From: Heterodontus francisci
Lineage: Eukaryota
Assembly: GCF_036365525.1 (NCBI RefSeq)
Contig: NC_090377.1
Location: 37,106,201-37,170,200, forward strand
DNA length: 64,000 bases
Direction of reading: 5' to 3'
Shown here: piece by piece, positions 52,434 through 64,000 of the stretch
Layout: every line of letters starts with the position of its first letter
Position numbering within the stretch: the first letter of the stretch is position 1
The notes under the pieces: generated by a model
The model's input: only the letters and a program-made list of their open reading frames with translations
Told to the model about the DNA's origin: nothing
Databases searched by the model: none
Translations under genes and position numbers: made by a program

Positions 52434-53731
52434 TAAACACACTGTGTTTTGAATTCTCCCTTTGGTGAATCTTTTTTCACCCCTTTCCAATGATAAGGCA
52501 AAGAAATGAGCATAAACAGGCTTTCTTGGGTTTAAAGTAGAAAAGTGAAATTTATTAAACCTTAAACATAAATGCTAATATGGTTAATGCCTACGGATAT
52601 ATGACGCGCCCATGCTAGCATGCACATGCGATACACACATGCAAATAGGGACAGAAAAAAGCAGAAGAAAAGTAAAATGGAGAGGTTTGAGGCAATCTCT
52701 GAAGAGTTTCTTTTTAACTGTGTTACAAGCTCACGGTAGTCTTTCTGTAAGTAGTCTTGCTTTTCTTTGGGGCCCAGTATTCTTCTTAAACCTCGTTCAC
52801 TGTAGGAGACTTTCCTGTCTTGGGGTTCATATGTCTTCAATGGTTTCCGACGCTGCTGAGAGCGAGATGAGAGCAGACAGGAGAGAGGTGTTCTCAGTCC
52901 AGGAGAAAACAAGTTTGAGTTCAAAATGCCTGTTGGCAGTTCAAATTCAAAAAAACGGCAACAGTCAACCAGTCATGTGACCAAATTGGTCCAACTGCGT
53001 CTGATTGTGTATTTGGCCATCTTAGCAGTTAACCTGGAATGCTAGCCTTTCTACCTTCAACGTCTAGTAATCAAAAGTCCATTGTGGATTAAATTGGAGC
53101 AGGGAATATCTCCTTTGCCCTTTGAAGTACTTCTCTGTTAATATCCTAATGTCTCTCTCCGGTCAAAGTCTCCAATTGTTTTTTGAAGCAGGTTCTTTCT
53201 TCAACGATAGTTTAAAATCAGTGTTCATGTGGAAAAATTCCTTTTTCTCATTCTTGGCAGGTGGGGGACTTGCCTGACAATGTGAATACTTTCAGTTTGT
53301 TTGCAATAGTACATTAGCAAATGTAGTTAGCAAATTAGCAAATAGCAGTTGGCAATATTACCAATGAGTGCTACACACGTTTGTTTGGTGTTCCATTTTC
53401 TGCTATTTTAATATAAGCCTTAACATGCTTACTTTAAATGGGGTAGCTGAATTTTTTTGGCTGGGATTTGTTACTGTTTGTCATGATTTAATATCATTAG
53501 ATCAATACTTACTGTACTTAGCCTGAAGTTCAGCTAATGTTTGAAAGCATTCTGTATATAATTGTAATTTATTCACATTAAAGTTGAGTTAATTTTTTTC
53601 AAATACTTGTGGTTTTCTGTTTGTTTCAAGAGTAGTGTTGCCAACTCTGGTTGCACCATTTCCTGGAGGTTTGATCACTTGATCATGCAAATTTGAGTGT
53701 CCCCGCAAATGGTTCCTGATGGCTCCAGTGC

Positions 53732-55300
53732 AGGTGTACTCTCTGATTCCCCCACCAACTCATGCAGGCATATTCTCTGATTCCCTCAGTACCTCATCGA
53801 GCTGTGTTCTCTGAACCCCACCACCTCATGGATGTGTGTTCTCTGATCCCACACCATCTCATGGAGGTGTGTTCTCTGATCCCCCACCATCTCATGGAGG
53901 TGTGTTCTCTGATCCCCCCACCATCTCATGGAGGTGCAGAGGAACAAGAAGTAGGAGCAGGAGTAGACCATATGGCCCGTTGAGCCTTCTCTGCTGTTCA
54001 ATATGATTGTGGCTGACCTTCGGCTTCAACTCCACGCCCACCCGCTCGCCATATCCCTATATTCCCTGAAAGACCAAAAATCTGTCTATTCCAGCCTTAA
54101 ATGTATTCAACGATGGAGCATCCACAACCCTCAGGGGTAGAGAATTCCAAAGATTCATAACGCTTTGAATGAAGTAATTTCTCGTCATCTCAGTCCTAAA
54201 TGATCGACCCCTTATCCTGAGACTGTGTCCCCATGTTTTAGATTCCTCGACCAGCGGAAACAATCTCTGAGCATCGAGAGTCATAGTCATTTACAACACA
54301 GAAGGAGGCCATTCAGGCCATCGAGTCCATGTCGGCTCCACACAGAGCTATCAAGTCAGTCCCACTCCCCCACTCAATCCCCATCGCCCTGCAAGTTTAT
54401 TTCCTTCAAATGGCCACCCTATCTAGCCTCTTCAAGTATTTATTCAATTCTCTTTTGGATGTTTCTATTGAATATGCTTCCACCACCCATTCAGGCAGTG
54501 AATTCCAGATCATCATAATTCACTGCATAAAACTATTTGTCTCCTCATCTTGACTCAGGTTCTTTTGCCAATGTGTGCTCTTGTTACCACTGCTTCTGGC
54601 ACTGGAAACACTTCCTCATTATCAAAAACCTTTAAGATTTTGAGCACCTATTATATCTCCATTTAACCTCTGTTCTAAGGAGAACAACCCCAGCTTCTCC
54701 AGTTTTTCCACATAACTGAAGTTCCTCATCCCTAGCACCATTTTAGTAAATCTCTGCTGCACCCTCTCTGAGGCCTCAACATCTTTCCTAAGCAAGGTGT
54801 CCAGAATTGTACAAATTACTCCATCTGAGGTCTAACCAGTGATTAATAAAGGTTTAATCTAAATCCCTTTTGTAAAATCATAGCTAGTGCCTTCATTATC
54901 TCTGCAGTTATCTCTTTTAGAACCCTAGGTTATCAGCCATGACATCCTTGGGATTTGTCGGATTTTCTTCCCTTCAGTTTCTCCAATACTTTTTCTCTGA
55001 TGATATTAATTTTCCTTAATTTCCTCACTCTTTTTAGCCCCTAGGTTACTGTCTGTTTCTGGGATGAAACTTGTGTCTTCTACTGTGAAGACAACACAAA
55101 ATATTTGTTCAATGCCTCTGTGTTCGTTGATCTCTCACTACCTCATGCAGGTGCATTTTCTGATCCCCCATAATCTCATGGAGATGTGTTTTCTGATATG
55201 CCATCACCTCAATGAAGTGAATTTTCTGAACCCCCATTACCTCATGCAGGTGCGTTCTCTGATTCCCCCATCACCTCAGCAAGGTATATTCTCTGATCCG
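53732..55300. repeat. 33-bp minisatellite (consensus ~CTCATGGAGGTGTGTTCTCTGATCCCCCACCAT) in two blocks, 53732-53937 and 55118-55300, separated by CR1 insertions
   Basis: About six units in each block; periodic peptides (SLIPHHLMEVC)n in ORFs 53762-53983 and 55064-55339. Confidence 0.85.
53938..55117 (-). mobile_element. Stack of CR1 fragments
   Basis: Two CR1 3' tails (53938, 54278) and LFPLVEESKTWGHSLRIRG..WNSLP; internal ORF2 piece 54875-55117. Confidence 0.75.
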
Positions 55301-56077
55301 CCACCACCCTTGTCACCTCTGAGAAATCAAAGGTGGTAAATTTTGTGTAATTTGATACAAAAACAAAACATTCTGGAAGCACTCTGAATCCTGCAGCACA
55401 TCCAAGCCACTGGGGTTGGCAAACCTGCCGCACGCAAGCATTTATCCCGAATGGTTACTGCTGCAACCAAAATGCAAATAGCTGTTAATGCCTCAGCATA
55501 GCCTAATCTGCCAATGGAAACCTTCCCCTGGCCCCATGCCTATTGGCTTGCACACCTGCCTGTCAAAGCCCTGCCTCCTCTCTCTGGTGTTCTGGCTAAC
55601 AGCTCTGCTTCTGAATTTCTCCTGGGAGATCAGTCCTCAATTCTGGGATAATTGAGGACAACTGAGAGGTTTGACAATTATGTGCAAGTCTGTGATAATG
55701 CAAACTACTGAAATTTTTTTTTAGCTTTTGGTACTGTTTTGTTTCCTAGAAGAGCAAGTAGGCAGCGTATTCCATGCATGTGTGGGAAGTGCCACTAACA
55801 CAGCTTTGTAAGTTGACATACATGACAGAATGCAGATATTTTGGGTAAGGGGAGGAAGAAGAGTGCTTTGATTCATTTTGATGCCAGTTGAAGACAAAGT
55901 AGAGTCAGACACAGACTGCAAATCATGGCAATTACTGGTTTTGCACTTGCTGCATGAGCATGATGACCATGTGTCGTTTAACAAAATAGGCCTGCAAGCT
56001 CTGTGGTCCTGGTTGGTAATATTGATAAACTCGCCATTCCACACAACTGCTTCATCTTGTTTGCTTACCAAAGATAA

Positions 56078-56278
56078 TTTTTTTTATTTCCAAAATATAC
56101 TTTATTTGTAAAAAATATATTACAAAACAGTTCAAAAACAGCACCAAGTCAACAATACAAAGAGTGCAAAGGAGATCAGTTTCCTTCAATACAGGAGTGA
56201 GTTGCCTCACAACCCTTCCATTTCATTTTACCTGCCATGTACCTTTTGCAGCAAACATTTTCCGGATACAGCCCGAGT
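56078..56278 (-). mobile_element. Short poly(A)-tailed 3' end of an L1/Tx1-like LINE
   Basis: Reverse strand ends aataaagtatattttggaaataaaaaaaa (poly(A) signal + A tail). Confidence 0.45.
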
Positions 56279-56899
56279 TCACATTGGTGGGGTAATCATG
56301 TGCTTAGGCATGGGCATTATGAAAGTTTCCTCATGTTGCACAAAAGTAATGTGCTCCTGTCCTTGCTGCATTGCCACTTTAAGGACCACATGTTCATCAA
56401 CAGGCTGAACCTTTTTGTAAAACGACCTTCGCATATTCCTAAAATGAGTTGGTGATTGCTGCAGTATTTGTACCAGTTTATAAGCGCTCCAGTAATGTAA
56501 ATAGATGTCTTTGCTTCCTCCACACTGCACCATCACCTCTTGTGTAAACTATATTGTGGAGACTGCGTGTTTAAGTACATAACAATGAACTTTTATGATC
56601 CTGAAAAAGATTGTTGTGGCTAAACCTCATACATATGACAGGATGTATTTAGTACTCTAATGGACAGGTGCTGTGCCTTCAGGCATGATCTCTCTTGGGA
56701 CTCTGGCTGTGATTGTGAACTGATGGTAGATGGTGATAATAGTGCTGCATTGAATCACAATTTAGTAGTCTCTGTGGAAATTTACAACAGTTCCCTTTGG
56801 CAAAATGTAACTTACTGATACAAGTAGCTTCTTCTGATGGTTGCTAATAGTCCGAAGTGAAAACTATATGTGGAAGAGTACTTATTCCACAGTTGTAGA

Positions 56900-59800
56900 T
56901 TTAGAAACATAGAAAAATCGAAACAGGATTAGGCCATTTGGCCCTTTGAGCCTACAACGCCATTCAATACAATCATGGCTGATCATCCAAACTCAGTACC
57001 CTGTTCCCACTTTCTTCCCGTATCCCTTGATCCCTTTAGCTCTAAGAACTATATCTAACTCCTTGTTGAATATATTTAATGATTTGGCCTCAACTGCTTG
57101 CTGTGGTAGAGAATTCCACAGGTTCACCACTCTCTGGGTGAAGAAATCCCTCCTCATCTCAGTCCTAAATGTCACATTATCCTTAGACTGTGACCACTGG
57201 TCCTGGACTCCCCCGCCATCAGGAACATCCATCCTGCATCTAATCTGTCCAGTCCTGTTAGAATTTTGGAGGTTTCTATGTGATCCCCTCTCATTCTTCG
57301 AAACTCTAGCGAATACAAGCCTAAATCGACCCAATCTCTCTTTATACGTCAGTCCTGCCATCCTCGGAATCAGTCTGGTGAACCTTCGCTGCACTCCCTC
57401 CATAGCAAGAACATCCTTCCTCAGATAAGGAGACCAAAACTGCACACAATACTCCAGATGTGGTCTCACCAAGGCCTTGTATAATTGCAGCAGGACATCC
57501 TCTCGCTATGAAGGCCAACATACCATTTGCCTTCTTAACTGCCTGCTGCACCTGCATGCTTACTTTCAGTGACTGGTGCAGAAGGACACCCAGGTCTCGT
57601 TGCACCTCCCCCTTTCCCAATCTATCGCCATTCAGATAATCTGCCTTTCTTTTTTTGCCACCAAAGTGGATAACCTCACATTTATCCACATTATACTGCA
57701 TTTGCCATGTATTTGCACACTGACACAACCTGTCGAAATCACACTGGAGTTTCCCTGCATCCTCCTCACAGCTCACACTCAACCCAGCTTTGTGTCATCT
57801 GAAAACTTGTATATATTACATTTAATTCCCTCATCTATATCATTAATAAATATTGTAAATAGCTGGGGTCCGAGCACTGATCCCTGTGGTACCCCACTAG
57901 TCACTGCCTGCCGCTTGGAAAAAGACCAGTTTATTCCTACTCTGTTTCCTGTCTGCCAACCAGTTCTCTATCCATATCAACACCTTACCCACAATCCCAT
58001 GTGCTTTAATTTTGCATGCTATTCTCTTATGTGGAACCTTATCGAAAGCCTTCTGAAAGTCCAAATATGCCACATCCACTAGTTCTCCCTTATCTATTCT
58101 ACTGGTTACATCCTCAAAAAATTCCAGTAGATTTGTCAAGCATGATTTCCCTTTCGCAAATCCATGTTGGCTTTGTCCGATCCTGTCATTGTTTTCCAAG
58201 TGCTCTGCTATTACATTTTTTATAATGGACTCTAGCATTTTCCCCACTACTGAAGTCAGGCTAACCAGTCTATAATTTCTTGTTTTCGCTCTACCTCCTT
58301 TTTTAAATACTGGGGTTACAGTAGCTACCCTCAAATCCATTGGAACTGTTCCAGAGTCTATAGAATTTTGAAAAATGACCAGCAATGCATCTACTATTTC
58401 TAGGGCCACTTCCTTAATACTCTGGGATGTAGATATCAGGCCCTGGGGATTTATCGGCCTTCAATCCCATCAATTTCCCTAAAACGAATTCCCTACAAAT
58501 ACTGATTTCATACAGTTCCTTCTTCTCACTCGACCCTATGTTCCCCAACATTTCTGGGAGGTAATCTGTGTCCTCTTTTGTGAAGACAGAACCAAAGTAT
58601 GCATTTAATTGGTCTGCCATTTCTTTGTTTCCCATGATAAATTCCCCTGTTTCTGTAAGGGACCCACATTTGTCTTCACTAATCTTTTTCTCTTCACATA
58701 TCTATAGAAACTTTGACAGTCAGTTTTTATGTTCTCTGCAAGCTTACTCTCATACTCCATTTTCCCCTTCTTAATCAATCCCTTTGTCCTCCTTTGCTGA
58801 ATTCTGAACTGCTCCCAATCCTCAGGCTTGCTGCTTGTTCTAGACATTTTATATTTCTCCTCTTTGGATCTAATACTATCGCTAATTTTTTTTGTAAGCC
58901 ATGGTTAAACCACCCTTCCTGTTTTATTATTGCGCCAGACAGGAATGAACAATTGTTGTAATTCATCCATGCGCTCTTTAAATGCTAGCCATTGCCTATC
59001 CACTGTCAACCCTTTAAGTAACGTTGCCCAATCTATCATAGCCAATTCGTGCCTCATACCTTCATAGTTTCCTTTATTTAGAATCAGGACCCTCGTCTTG
59101 GAATCAACTCTCTCGCTCTCCATCTTAATGAAGAATTCTATCACGTTACGTTCACTTTTCCCCAAGGGACCCTGCACAACAAGATTGTTAACTAATCCTT
59201 TCTCATTACACAATACCCAGTCTAGGATGGCCTGTTCTCTAGTTGGTTCCTCAACATATTGGTCCAAAAAACCATCACGTACGCGCTCCAGAATTCCTCC
59301 TCTACAGTTTTATTGCTAATTTGGTTTGCCCAATCTATATGTAGATTAAAGTTACCCATAATTGCAGTTGCACCCTTATTGCCTGTATCTCTAATTTCCT
59401 GTTTAATGCCATCCTGTACGTCACCACTGCTGTTTGGGGGTCTATATTACAGCCCCCACCAACGTTTTCTGCCCCTTGGTATTTCTTAGCTCCACCCATA
59501 CAGATTCCACATCATGATTCTTTGAGCTAATATCCTTCCTCAAGGGTATTGATTTTCTCATTTACTAACAACGCTACTCCACCTCCTTTCCCTTTTTGCC
59601 TGTCTTTCCTAAATATTGAATAACCCTGGATGTTCAGTTCCCATCCTTCGTCACCCTGCAGCCATGTCTCCGTAATTGCAACTATATTGTATCCATTTAC
59701 ATCCATTTGCCCGGTTAATTTGCCTATCTTATTGTGAAAACTCTGCGAATTGAGACACAATGCCTTTAGGCTTGGCTTTTTAATGTTCTTAGCATTATTT

Positions 59801-61350
59801 CGCACTGTAGCCCTATTTGTTTCTTGCCCTTGATTTCTATGCCTTCCACTTTTGCCTTTTTGTTTCCTGTCTTTCGTTTCTACCCTTGTTTCCTCCTCCT
59901 CAGTCTCCCCACTCAGGTTTCCATCCCCCTGCCATTCTAGTTAAAATCCTCCCCAACAGCACTAGCAAACGCCCCTGTGAGGACATCGGTTCCAGTCCTT
60001 CGTCCTGCTTGTACAGGTCCCACCTTCCCCAGAACCGGTCGTGATGTCCGAGGAATCTAAATCCCTCCCTCCTGCACCATTTCTCCAACCACACATTCAT
60101 CTGGTTTATTCTCCTGTTCCTATACTCACTAATATGTGGCACAGGAAGTAATCCTGAGATTACTACCTATGAGGTCCTGCTTTTTAATTTAGCTCCTGAC
60201 ACCTTAAATTCATCTTGCAGGACCTGATCCCTTTTTCTACCTATGTCGTTGGTATCGACATGTACCATGACCACTGGCTGTTCACCCTCCCCCTTCAGAA
60301 TGTCCTGCAGCTACTCCGAGACATCCTTGACCCTAGCACCAGGGAGGCAACATAGCATCCTGGAGTCTCGTTTACAGCCACAGAAACGCCTGTCTGTTCC
60401 CCTTACAATTGAATCTCTCATCACTATGGCTCTCCCCCATTACCCGCCACCCCCTTCCCTGCTGTGTAGCAGAGCCATCCGTGGTGCCACGAACTTGGCT
60501 GTTGCTGCTTTCCCCTGGGAGGTCACCCCCCCACAACAGTATTCAAAGTGATATATCTTTTTGAGAGGGGGATGGCCACAGGGGACTCCTGCACTGCCTG
60601 CGCTACTACTCCGCCTGGTGGTCACCCATTCCTTTTCTGTCTGTGCAACCATTACCTGCGGTGTGACCACCTCGCTAAATGTGCTATCCACGACATCCTC
60701 AGCATCGCGGATGCTCCACAGTGAATCCACCTGCAGCTCCAGCTCCATAATGCGGGTAGCCAGTAGCTGTAGATGGATACACTTCCTGCATGCATGGTCA
60801 TCAGGGACACTTCCTGTGTCCCTGATTTCCCATATAGTGCAGGAGGAGCATATCACGGGTGCGAGCTCTCATGCCATGACTTACCTTTAGATTACTTAGT
60901 TATTCCCTATAAAAAATACTAATTACAGTAGAGGCCTTGTTTTACTCCAAACACTACCCACTACAATCTGAAGTCCTTAATAAATTGCACAAATTTAAAA
61001 AGAAACACTTTAGTAGTACTCACTTTATCACTTCTACAGTCGGTTTTGAGTTTATTTTCAAAAAAAAATTCCCCTTATATTTTTAAGCCATTTAAATGCA
61101 CTCGCAGCTGTTACTTACCCAACCAATCAGCTTACAGATTTCCTGTGATGTCACTGGAAGTCTTTTTTTCCTCTTTTGAATCGCAGCGTGCGCCGGCACA
61201 GAGAGAGAGCCTGCCGCTGCTCCGGTCTCCAGGTAAGTAAGGGCCCTGAGCTCCGCTCTTTCCTTTTCAGGTCCCATTCAGGATGCGATTCCTCCCAGGT
61301 CAACATGCTGCCGCTCCGGTCCTCAGGTCTGTGCTCTTCGATTTTTTTCT
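56900..61350 (-). mobile_element. Near full-length CR1 LINE with 5'UTR, ORF1 (zinc finger/leucine zipper + SGNH esterase) and ORF2 (APE-RT), decayed
   Basis: ORF1 CSSCTIWE..DDHACRKC..LATRIMELELQV; RINQMNVWLEKWCRREGFRFL..WDLYK; APE NIVAITETWL, PTREQAILDWVL; [25 protein letters not shown]; [15 protein letters not shown]; (ctatgtttc)n tail at ~56900-56915. Confidence 0.92.
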
Positions 61351-62089
61351 GTAAACTATAACTCACACACTCATAGTGACTGTAGTATTTTGCACTTCAA
61401 ATTTGAAGAAATCTGCCATGTTATATATTTCCGCAGTTCATTCTATCCTCCTTGCAGAGTACACACAACAGTTGAGATAATCAGGAATACAGAAAACAAA
61501 TGGTTTTATTTTTATAATTTTAAGGTAATTATTTTGTTCTTACTTATTTTTTTTTTGAGAACCTGTAGATAATGGCCTGGCGTTTTGGCTTGATTGCACT
61601 CTTTTGGTGCAATTCCCTTGATATTGGCATGACAAATGCAAATGATTGTGGAATTTGAAGTGCAAATTGCATTCGATGCAACTGGCTCTGCCCCCAGAGT
61701 GAATTAATCATCATTGGGAGTTTCCACTAATTCAGTTCATTTGCAGGCCTTTGAGGAGACTTCAACAATTAAACTGGAAATTTTGGGCACAAGGACACTA
61801 AAAGGGATGTTTTGAAAGGTTTTCAATTAATTTTTTTAAACTTTTAAGGAATTGACTGCTATAACCCAATCTAACTAGAAAACTATTAATTTTTTGGTCA
61901 TTTTCAGTAAGTTAAGATTAGGTTACTCACAAGTGATGGATTGATTTAAAATGTTTATTTTTTGTGATAAACCTATTTGCAGTTATATTCATCAAACTTG
62001 ACCAAGTTAACACACTTAAATACATCCAAGAAGCAAATTTTTTCTTTAAAAATTCCTTTTTAAAACACTGCCTGAGTTGTGGAATGTGA

Positions 62090-62862
62090 GGTTCTCCACT
62101 TTGGTCGGAAAAATTGAAATACAGAGCATTTCTTAAATGCTGAGAGGCTGGGAAGTGTTAAACTTCAAAGGGACTTGGATCTCCTTGTCCATGAGTCAGT
62201 GAAAGCTAACATGCAGGTACAGCAAGCAATTAAGAAGGCAAATGGGATGTGGGCCTTGGATTTGAGTATAGAAGTAAAGATGTATCACTGCAATTATATA
62301 GAGCCTTGGTGAGACCACACCTGGAGTATTGTGTGCATTTTTGGTCTCCTTGCCTAAGGAAAGATATACTTGCCATAGAAGGAGTGCAATGAAGGTTCAC
62401 CAAACTAATTCCTGGGATGGAGGGATTGTCCTATGAGGAGAGATTAAATAGACTAGGTCTTTATTCTCCGGAGCCCAGAAGAATGAGAGGTGATCTCATT
62501 CAAACATACAAAATTCTTACAGGGCTCGACAGGATAGATTCAGGAAGGATGTTTCTTTAGCTAGGGAGTCTAGAACCAGGGCACATAGTCTCAGAATAAG
62601 GGGCAGGCCATTTAGGACTGAGATGTGGAGGAATTTCTTCATTCAGAGGGTGGTGAATCTTTGGAATTCTCTGCCTCAGAGGGCTGTGGAATCGCAGTCG
62701 TTGAGCATGTTCAAGACTGAGATAGATAGATTTCTACAGATTAAGAACATCAAGGAACACAGGGATAGTGCAGGAAAATGATGTTGAAGTAAAAGATCCT
62801 GAATGGTGGAGCAGGCTCAAGGTGCTGAATGGCCTACTCCTGCCCTTATTTCATATGTTCTT
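62090..62862 (+). mobile_element. 5'-truncated CR1
   Basis: Encodes [30 protein letters not shown]; 3'UTR gaatggcctactcctg..ttcatatgttcttatg. Confidence 0.85.
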
Positions 62863-63619
62863 ATGTGGCAGAGTTTGCATTCGGTATTATGCAAATGTAT
62901 TGGAACAGGAGCTCGAGGAGAAAAAAACATGTTTCAAAACGGGTGCAATTTCTGCTGGAATCATCAATTGCACCCAAAATGGAAACTCCTCCCACTGTGT
63001 AATTAATCACAAATCTACTGTAAAATTCATAATCCTAACAGAATTAATTTCAGCCTTTGTGGACTAAATGTAATCTTTCCACTAATTGATTTAGATACAG
63101 ATAAAGGTGAAGTGTTTTTATCAGCAGTAAACGTATGTGGTTTTTACTGAAAATGTCGTGACAGGACCTCAAATTGATTATGGGAAAACTTGTACTTTAT
63201 TACAGAGGTCAATAGTTACCATGTACAGCCTGTTATGATTGGACTAGTGTTACTTTGAACAAAATCATGTTAATTACATGGTAAATCATTTCAGAAGAAG
63301 TTTTTAAAATAAATTTGTTTCACTCCAGTGAAAATGTAATTTCATTCCCCTACTTTATTCTCATGGAACGCATTTTGATGAGGGTACATATACAGGATAG
63401 ATTCTCAAACGTTATGGGGTGATTATTGGATCACAAATTGTGTAATAGCCGAAAGGCACTGGTTCTTTTTATTAGTTTAATTGCTAAATAGAAATCAGTT
63501 TATGAGTGAGGAACCTTGAGGCTCCTTGATTTATTTTGTCAGCCTAACTATTTTCCAAGCACGCTCTGTTGGCCTATGATTAAAAACCTGTGACCTATGC
63601 GAGTCAGTATTCGGTTTTA

Positions 63620-64000
63620 CATAGAAACATAGAAAATAGGAGCAGGAGTAGGCCATTCGGCCCTTCGGGCCTGCTCCGCCATTCATTATGATCATGGCTG
63701 ATCATCCAACTCAGTAACATGTTCCCGCTTTCTCCCCATATCCTTTGATCCCTTTCGCCCCAAGAGCTATATCTAACTCCTTCTTGAAAACATACAATGT
63801 TTTAGCCCCAACAGCTTTCTGTGGTAGTGAATTCCACAGACTCACCACTGACTGGGTGAAGTAATTTTTCCTCATTTCAGTCCTGAAAGGTTTACCCCGT
63901 ATCCTTAGACTATGACCCCTGGTTCTGGACTCCTGCACCATCGGGAACATCCTTCCTGCATCTACCCTGTCAAGTCCTGTTAGAATTTTATAGGTTTATA
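63620..64000 (-). mobile_element. CR1 3' end (continues beyond window)
   Basis: (catagaaa)n tail; SRTRGHSLRIRGKPFRTEMRKNYFTQSVVSLWNSLPQ; same family as 33829-35117. Confidence 0.88.

Larger units (their letters stand above)
46083..53279 (-). mobile_element. Gmr1-like Gypsy LTR retrotransposon, internally deleted (no integrase core, RT or RNase H)
   Basis: Two ~0.93-kb LTRs (46083-48227 and 51990-53279 including insertions), TG...CA, 4-bp TSD ATGT (46079-46082, 53280-53283); degenerate tRNA-Pro PBS TAGGAGCTAGCGTCCAGAAT after 5' LTR; purine-rich TGAGTGTGGAGG before 3' LTR. Confidence 0.92.

Noticed and set aside
53732-53937. Regularly spaced 33-bp repeats resembling a CRISPR array or repeat protein (SLIPHHLMEVC)n
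   Set aside because: Units are directly adjacent with no unique spacers, context is vertebrate intron, no cas genes; ORF periodicity is a by-product of a 33-bp unit

Overview
Eukaryotic, AT-rich (cartilaginous fish, almost certainly a shark/elasmobranch, judging by HE1-type V-SINEs and CR1/L2/Penelope-type repeats) genomic DNA that is essentially one pair of giant introns. The only host coding sequence I can support is a single 138-bp internal exon at 22908-23045 (+) encoding an LDL-receptor class A module most like the second ligand-binding repeat of LRP1B/LRP1. Nearly all listed ORFs are decayed transposon fragments or chance ORFs. Recognisable elements: a complete but inactivated PIF/Harbinger DNA transposon (2547-6767; transposase + convergent spliced Myb/SANT gene; ACA TSD) and Harbinger-type MITEs; an internally deleted Gmr1-like Gypsy LTR retrotransposon (46083-53279, - strand, ATGT TSD) carrying a nested solo LTR, two SINEs and a CR1; a further solo LTR (19636-20705, CTGG TSD); two near full-length CR1 LINEs (41650-45048 +, 56900-61350 -) plus many CR1, L2, RTE and Tx1-like fragments; a 33-bp minisatellite split by LINE insertions; and a local ~300-bp duplication. 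The most unusual signal is a set of TSD-flanked fold-back (palindromic) non-coding elements (11988-12515, 27203-27418, relatives at 23.7-24.0 kb and 35.3 kb) that carry minimal hammerhead-ribozyme motifs, consistent with non-autonomous Penelope-mobilised, retrozyme-like elements. All assignments are by eye, with no database search.
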